Shown piece by piece: positions 56,802 to 64,000 of a stretch of DNA of 64,000 nucleotides; the first letter of the stretch is position 1; each line of letters begins with the position of its first letter. The DNA lies in NCBI GenBank assembly GCA_003344405.1, contig NOWV01000136.1:1-64000 (forward strand), given 5' to 3'. The notes under the pieces were generated by a model. It saw only the letters and a list, made by a program, of their open reading frames with translations. It was not told the origin of the DNA and made no database searches. The position numbers and the translations under genes were made by a program. Source of the DNA: Trichoplax sp. H2. Its lineage: Eukaryota.

Positions 56802-58813
56802 ATGGGTTTGGGCAGAGTTGCTATCGCATCCATTTTCATTGCCATCACTATCTTATTAGCCTTAACCAAGTCGTGCCATTCAGCTAAAATATTATTAGTC
56901 GTCCAACACTATCATAGCCATGCACAGGTAGTTGCAGCAGTTGGAGATGAATTGCATGCCAGAGGTCATGCAGTAACGATGGTTGCAGCTCAAGCTGTCC
57001 AATCCTTGTCCAGCAAAGAATTTAAAGTTCGATATTATCAGACGCCTGTCAGAGATCAAGACCTCGCAGATTGTACCGCGCAATCATTAAAAAATCAAGA
57101 TCCTCTACTATCAGCGTGCAATCGGCTTTTTCGAGATGATATTCTTGCTTTTACCAATGGAAAGGAGCTACTGGATGAATTAAAGCGTGAAAATTTCGGT
57201 AAATGATTTTGAGTAACATTATATAAATACCAGACATGCGTCTATTACGCCATCTTAGCTTGCAAAAACCTTCAACGAAACAATAGAGCTAGTTCAGCCA
57301 GGGACTACTCAAGTAAAAATGTTACCCCCTTTCCACCGTCTATTTTCTCTCTCTCTCTCACACTATAATCCCCAGAGATGATATAGTAAGAGAGAGGAGT
57401 GGGAGACGATGGAAGAAGGGTAACACTTTTACTTGGGCAGTCTCTGGTTCAGAAATGTGAAGTGGGAGTTTTGCAAGCTGGAGTGGCAATAGTATGCATG
57501 CATCGCATTGCATCGAGTAGTGCTAGCAACCGACTCTTTCTAATCCTAGTAGCTTGTATAGTATAGCACTTTACGCTTATAGTACTTCTATTAATGCGGA
57601 TTCTAATTTTCAATGACCAAACTCTTTCTCAATTTGTCATCGTCTAGATGGATTAATTTGCGACGTAGCAAGCTATGCATGCTTGATTGTTGCTGAATAT
57701 ATCAACATCAAAGTCCAAGTAGATGTATCACCAATCGGTCTGCTTGATCCATTAACAACTTCGCCATATCATATACCAGGTCCTCCTGCCTACGTCCCAC
57801 AAATGGCAGTCATCGCGACTAACAAAATGAATTTATATCAACGCACACAAAATGTCATCTTTTACGGCATTATGATCACTCTCTTACGAACCTTTATGTT
57901 TAGTAACATGTATCGGTCTGCTAACATAACTAATTTAGGCTTCAACTCACCACCTAGCTTTGAACTCAGAAGATCCACATTTCTGATTGCTAACGGTGAT
58001 TTCGCTGTTGATTACCCTCGACCAATTACACCAGCAACAAAAGTAGTAGGCCCTTTATTACCAAAACCCGCTCAAACTCTTCCTGACGACTTACAACAGT
58101 TTGCCTCTGCTAACAAAAACGGGACTATTGTAGTCTCCTTTGGTTCAGTCATGATTGGTTTAAAATATGTCACTGACCTAGAAATATTTTTCCAAGCTTT
58201 TGGTCAGTTACCTTACAATGTCATATGGAAATTTAGTGATAAAATCACCCATCACATTCCCGATAATTTAAAAGTCGTTCAGTGGTTGCCGCAAAATGAC
58301 CTACTTGGCCATCATAATGTCAAAGCTTTGGTAACACATTGTGGCTTAAATAGTGTCCTAGAAGCTGCCTACCATGGTGTACCTATGATTGGTATTCCTA
58401 TTGCTGCTGATGGAATGAATCATGCTCAAAAGATTATAGCTAGAAATATCGGTGTGATACTAGATATCAAAACGATGACGAGCAATGATCTATCCAATGC
58501 AATCATCAATGTCGTAACCGATAAATTTATCGCAGAAAATGCTACAAAGATATCAGCATTTATCAAGAACAGACCTAATGGTAGAACACCAGCACAAGAA
58601 GCCGGAGACTGGGTTGAATTTGCGTTAGGTAGTGAAGGAGGAAATTATTTACGGACTGAAGAATATAATTTAAGATGGTATGAATTGTATTTGATCGATG
58701 TTTATGCAGTTCTTATAATAATATGTTATTTATTCATTAAACTAATGAAATTAGTGTGGAAAGGAATTGCTAATGTATGTTGTCGTAGAAAAGAAAAGGT
58801 TAAAAAGTCCTAA
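56802..58813 (+). CDS. UDP-glucuronosyl/glycosyltransferase (GT1), copy 2, two exons (56802-57198, 57648-58813)
   Basis: Signal peptide, 'HSH', UGT signature 'WLPQNDLLGHH...VTHCGLNSVLEAAYHGVP', TM helix and a KVKKS dilysine tail. Same phase-1 intron position as copy 1. Confidence 0.93.
57235..57500. repeat. Long imperfect inverted repeat (foldback) in the intron of UGT copy 2
   Basis: The arm 'agccagggactactcaagtaaaaatgttaccccctttccaccgtct' pairs with 'agacgatggaagaagggtaacacttttacttgggcagtctctggtt'. The outer arms include agcttgcaaaa/ttttgcaagct, and the loop is at ~57368-57381. Confidence 0.85.
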
Positions 58814-60810
58814 TTGAAGCAATTGAATGTGTAACAAACTTTAGCTTACAGCACCTGTTAAGATTCTGTTGAAGTTTATACACTTGTTAATACACTTATA
58901 TAGTTTTACAATATGTGGTGATAACTAGTAATAAGTGCAAGCCATTATTTGCAGTACTAGCATTCGTAGATTAACCTGCCAATATTTTCATGCAATCAAT
59001 ACAGAAAAGTTGATTCTATATTAGCAGCGATGATTCTATTATGGATAATATGACACTGGATAATTGCAAAACTCTTATGACGATTGTAGAGTACATTGCA
59101 TATTGCCTTCCAATAAAAATTGTATGCGCTAGAAATCTGGCACCATTATTAGCCTTTCTTTACCGGGTTAATAGCTGAAAGCAAATGCAGAATGGATTGG
59201 ATCATATTGTGATCGAAATCTGTAATAAAGACATCTAGAAATTACATCTCATGATTTACTAATGTTACCAGGGGATTACTAATAATGACACGTTTAGCCG
59301 GTCGTTATCAAAGGCCGCATAGCACTATAGTTATAAAATAAATAAATTTATCTCCAATTTGAAGGGTAGTACTACATGAAATATTTGCTTATTTCTCTTA
59401 GAGCAACGAATATACTATATTATTGATACAAAACATGAGAATGAGCCACCTAATATGAATTATTGTGGTGAATATGGATTAGTCATTCTAGTCTTTGTCA
59501 CATCTGTAATTATAGTTGCATCACATTGAATCCATAAGAGCTGACAGATCTTAACTCATTACAATCGAAATGAGCCGCTTCAGACCCCCATCTCTTTCTC
59601 ACCTTCCATGTAAAACATTAGTGAATAACAGGATGTGTACGCGTGTAATGAGATAAAGAATTAATTATAGCTAAAAAATATGGATTATACGAATTCTTAA
59701 AATGCTGTGAAGTAAGAAGAATTTGTAGATTCACATTCGGCACATTTTACATGAACTAGATCATCTGGTAGTAGTGGAGTAGTTATTTACAAATCAAGAA
59801 GTTGTATCTGACGATATCCTTTTGCAGATTTGCAGCGTCTATAGATTGCTATCTATCGTAACTGGTATTTAACGATAAAATATTTCATATCTTTATAAGT
59901 TTCCGATTTTCCATAAAGAATGTGCTTGAAAAACGGCATTATGAAATAAAGAATTTTATGCCGATAGAGCAGGTAGGATATAAATTGATTAAGGCTATCA
60001 ATATTGCTGCACGTTGCATAGACACTTTTTGATTAATCCCTAAAGTCTACTGTTATTCATATAAATATTCTAGGCTTGTGAATTTATTACCTTGGTTGAT
60101 ATCATCTCATGCATAGAAGGTAAATTAGAGGATGCAAATTTACTTTGTAAAGTAGCTACTCCTAGACTACAACATGGTGAGACAAAGAATTTTTATACCG
60201 ATAGAGTAGTGTAGCCAGCCAGATAGTATATAGGTACGTCTACACTGTCTGAGCACAAGCAACGAATCATGTTGCTATGCGAGCATTACATCTTAATGCG
60301 GCACCTATTCGTGATTTCGGTACCGGTTAAGAATTCAACTTTAGTGCTAAATTCACGGCACTACAAGTTGGTGAGTGGAAATTCATGAGAGCCATGAATG
60401 TTACTGGACGTTAGGCATGTTATAATCAATCCCTAAAGCTTGCTACTATCCGAAAAAAAGTCTTAATCTTACGAATTTTATTACCATTACTTCTATCATC
60501 TCGGGCAGTAGAAGAAGGTGAATTTAAGGATGCAAGGTTAATTTGAAACGTAGCTACGCCTAGTTTAGCCTTATATTCGTGTTGATATTATCATAATAAA
60601 TATTTCAAGTTTACAAATGGATTACCTTTACTTTTACCATCTTATGTAGTAAAAAGATGAATTCAAGGACGTAAATTTAATTTGTAAACTCTTATACTTT
60701 TGTCAATGTATCATTGACTGCCAGAAAGAGTTGTCTATTTTTATAGGGGAGCCGATGTGTCCCGTATACACATTACGGTTATGACTTGTTTACTATCTGT
60801 ATCATAAATC

Positions 60811-61435
60811 GATGAACTTTTATATTAGAAGTCAGAGTATACAAAACCATCAATTTCATTCATATCGTTACCATGAAAAATGTCACTTTGAATGCTAAGT
60901 ATAATTGATTAAGACGATGAACTTTTGTACTAGAACTCAGAGCATGCAAACCTCTCAATTTCATTCATTTCGTTAGCTATCAATTAGCTAGCTATTCAAT
61001 TCGTTCGCTATCAAAACTCTCAATTTCATTCATTTCGTTAGCTATCAATTAGCTAGCTAACTAACTAGCTAGCTATTCTTTAGCTATTCGTTAGCAATCC
61101 ATTCCATTCATTTCGTTACCATGAAAAATGTCACTTTGAATGCTAAGTATAATTGATTAAGACGATGAACTTTTGTACTAGAACTCAGAGCATGCAAACC
61201 TCTCAATTTCATTCATTTCGTTAGCTATCAATTAGCTAGCTAACTAACTAGCTAGCTATTCGTTAGCTATTCGTTAGCAATCCATTCCATTCATTTCGTT
61301 ACCATGAAAAATGTCACTTTGAATGCTAAATATAATTGATTAAGACGATGAACTTTTGCACTAGAACTCAGAGTATGCAGAACCATCAATTTCATGCATA
61401 TCGTTAGGATGAAAAATGTCAATTTGAATGCTAAC
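60811..61435. repeat. Young tandem repeat upstream of TRMT61A: 105-nt base unit, 4 copies, with nested expansions
   Basis: Units start 'gatgaacttt' at 60811, 60916, 61164 and 61347. The middle copies carry extra ttcgttagcta/tagc sub-repeats. Confidence 0.9.
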
Positions 61436-61792
61436 TAAGTTAATTACGACAAACAGAACGCTCACGTTGCTAGGTGGCGCAACCAGCTACCTTAGCTTAC
61501 CTTACTACGGTAGTGTCTGCAGTACCAGTGTGGTTCAACTCCGCCCTATCTCTCGTCTACAGTACAGTAGTAGAGTATTACTAGTACAGTATATGCTACC
61601 GCATGGTGTGGATGGTAATAGCTTAACACACGGACGATCGCTGTACTGTTAGTATGATCATAAACCAACAAAACCATAAACCATCATCAATCGATCATAA
61701 GAGGAAGAGGAAAACCCTAACACACTACACATCCATTGACTGATTTAGCTGGCATTGCAGAATACGTTATATTGCTCTGCCTGTAAAACACC

Positions 61793-62698
61793 ATGAGCAT
61801 TGTTGAATACAAGGCAATCGTTGAATATGGCGATAGAGCGATCATCTTTGTTGGAATGAACCATTTCTATCCTTTGGTCGTGCAACGAGGTCAAGTCATG
61901 CACAGCAAATATGGTGCATTTCCACACGATTGGATGGTCGGGAAAACATTTGGAAGTAAAATTTGGGCTAGAAATAATAAAGGTTGGCTGTATATTCTTC
62001 ATCCTACAGCTGAATTATGGACTTTATCACTACTACATCGAACTCAAGTAATTTATAGTACGGATATTAGTATGATTATAAGTGAATTAGAAATTATGCC
62101 TGGATGCTTAGTAATTGAATCGGGTACAGGGAGTGGATCATTATCTCATGCGATTATCCGAGCTGTTTCGCCAAATGGCAAGCTGTTAACGTATGAATTT
62201 CATAACGAACGAGCAGATAAAGCTGAAAATGATTTTAAACTTAATGGATTAAATCATCTAGTTACGGTACACTGTCGCAATGTTTGCCAAGAAGGATTTG
62301 ATATAACATCGGAAGCAGACGCAGTTATTTTAGATTTACCCATTCCCTGGGAAGCAATTCCATATGCAAAACAAGCACTCAAACCGGGTGGTAGAATTTG
62401 CTGTTTCTCCCCTTGTATCGAACAAGTGCAAAGAAGTTGTATGTGCTTACGTGATCATGGTTTTATCGATGTCAAAGTTCTAGAAACGATATTAAGACCG
62501 TATCGTGTTAAGAAAATGGAATTGCCTATCGCTAATACTGGTAATTGCGAATCCTTCCAATCCAACGAGCGTAGTGATCCATCAACGAGTCATCATGAAA
62601 ATAAAAGTAAACGAGAATTACTATCAACATTTCCCGTAGCAACCACTCCAGGCCATACTGGTTATTTAACGTTTGCCACATTCTATCCACAAGAATGA
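61793..62698 (+). CDS. TRMT61A: tRNA (adenine-58-N1)-methyltransferase catalytic subunit, single exon
   Basis: 301-aa ORF with 'LHPTAELWTLSLLHRTQVIY', SAM motif 'VIESGTGSGSLSH', 'LDLPIPW', 'FSPCIEQVQR' and 'GHTGYLTFA'. Confidence 0.95.
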   Translation: MSIVEYKAIVEYGDRAIIFVGMNHFYPLVVQRGQVMHSKYGAFPHDWMVGKTFGSKIWARNNKGWLYILHPTAELWTLSLLHRTQVIYSTDISMIISELEIMPGCLVIESGTGSGSLSHAIIRAVSPNGKLLTYEFHNERADKAENDFKLNGLNHLVTVHCRNVCQEGFDITSEADAVILDLPIPWEAIPYAKQALKPGGRICCFSPCIEQVQRSCMCLRDHGFIDVKVLETILRPYRVKKMELPIANTGNCESFQSNERSDPSTSHHENKSKRELLSTFPVATTPGHTGYLTFATFYPQE

Positions 62699-64000
62699 TT
62701 TGACAAATAAGAAAAAGGATATCTATACTCGATCACCATGGACATTCTTGATAAAGTCAAATCAAAGTATGCTTGTACTATAGTATACCCGTATGTTACG
62801 AGTCATGGACATCATCGATTTCAAAGAATCATCACCAAATTGTATTTTTTTGTATTATAATTGTAATCTTGCATAGTAGGCGCCTTAATGTTACAATTAT
62901 TATTAATAAACTGAATCGTTTTATGTTACATTCAATGATGATTGCAGACTGTCACTCAGAAGGAAATGATACCTGATGGTATCAATTTACTGCTTGACTA
63001 TTTATTGTGGTTTCGATCGCTTGCGGCGTCGTAAATTATAGATTATTGAGCATAATACAAGTCTTATTTCAGTGGTATATCATGAAATTTCGGCAACTCC
63101 TGTTCGTGAATGACAGCTTTTAATTCACTACCGAGTATACGTATGTCACGTACGAGTATATCATAAATTCTCGATTAACTAAGGTGTTCTGAATTATAGT
63201 TTGCTTGGTATGATATTCTGACTACTGTACGTATATGCATGTTTTCAAACTCGACAGTTATCTTCAATATTGTAAACAATTATATTCATACATACACGAA
63301 TGTCAACAAGAGTCAAATAGGCGTTCGCATATTAGTGTAAGTTACGCAAGAATAACTGCTTCATTGAGCAGCTCCAATTCTGTTAAGAACTTAAGTATGT
63401 GCATACGTAAGTGTATATTCAAACCTATCATTAATCCGATATGAAATCACCTATTAATCCGAAAACCCATTAAACTTATTGCTTACAACACACCAAGACT
63501 AAAAGGACTTGCAAAGCAAAAATTCAAAGCATCGATTGATCAATGATTAATATATACTTTTGTTGAAGTGAAGATTGAGGCAGGTAACTTGATACGGTGA
63601 ATCACCGATTATCTCGTTCGCATTATTGAGTGCGATCTCACATTTAGTTACTAAAGTAAGAAATACGCAACAGCTGAGAAATAAAATTACAAACTTAATA
63701 TCGCTAAAGTCAATATCCATGACTTAATATTTTCTTTACATTTGATCATCAGTTAGTTATTGTAATAAATACTACGTCAATAATATCATATAAAACATCC
63801 GTTTCAAGCCACTAGAATTCAAAATAAAAAATGTGTCAGCTAAGACACGTAAATCAAATATCAGCTAATTTCAGACAAAGATCACACAGCAGCAACATTG
63901 AAAAAGACAATCAGCATTTATTTGAGTAATTTGTCGATAAGTCAACGAAAACAATTTTCGGTATCTGTTAAAATAATGTAGAAATTGTGCATCGAACATT

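Overview
AT-rich (roughly one-third GC by eye), intron-dense animal genomic DNA with mostly ~70-400 nt introns. The composition and gene set suggest an early-branching metazoan such as the placozoan Trichoplax (inference, not provable here). Genes assembled by hand from splice sites and translation: two tandem SLC23/NAT nucleobase-type transporters (+), ALDH4A1 (+), DNAJC11 (-), a UDP-glycosyltransferase (+), WDR1/AIP1 (-), a dead truncated tandem duplicate of WDR1, selenoprotein K (-), a second UGT (+) and an intronless TRMT61A (+). The main signals absent from the ORF track are: a six-exon SELENOK with an in-frame UGA (Sec) and a canonical SECIS; a U12-type AT-AC intron in WDR1; a solo-LTR-like insertion whose empty site is preserved in the parent WDR1 copy; a GC-rich run of back-to-back hairpins upstream of ALDH4A1; a ~265-nt foldback in a UGT intron; and many locally unique degenerate tandem arrays. 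I see no clearly new multi-gene system. The structured-RNA island is the best candidate for something undescribed.
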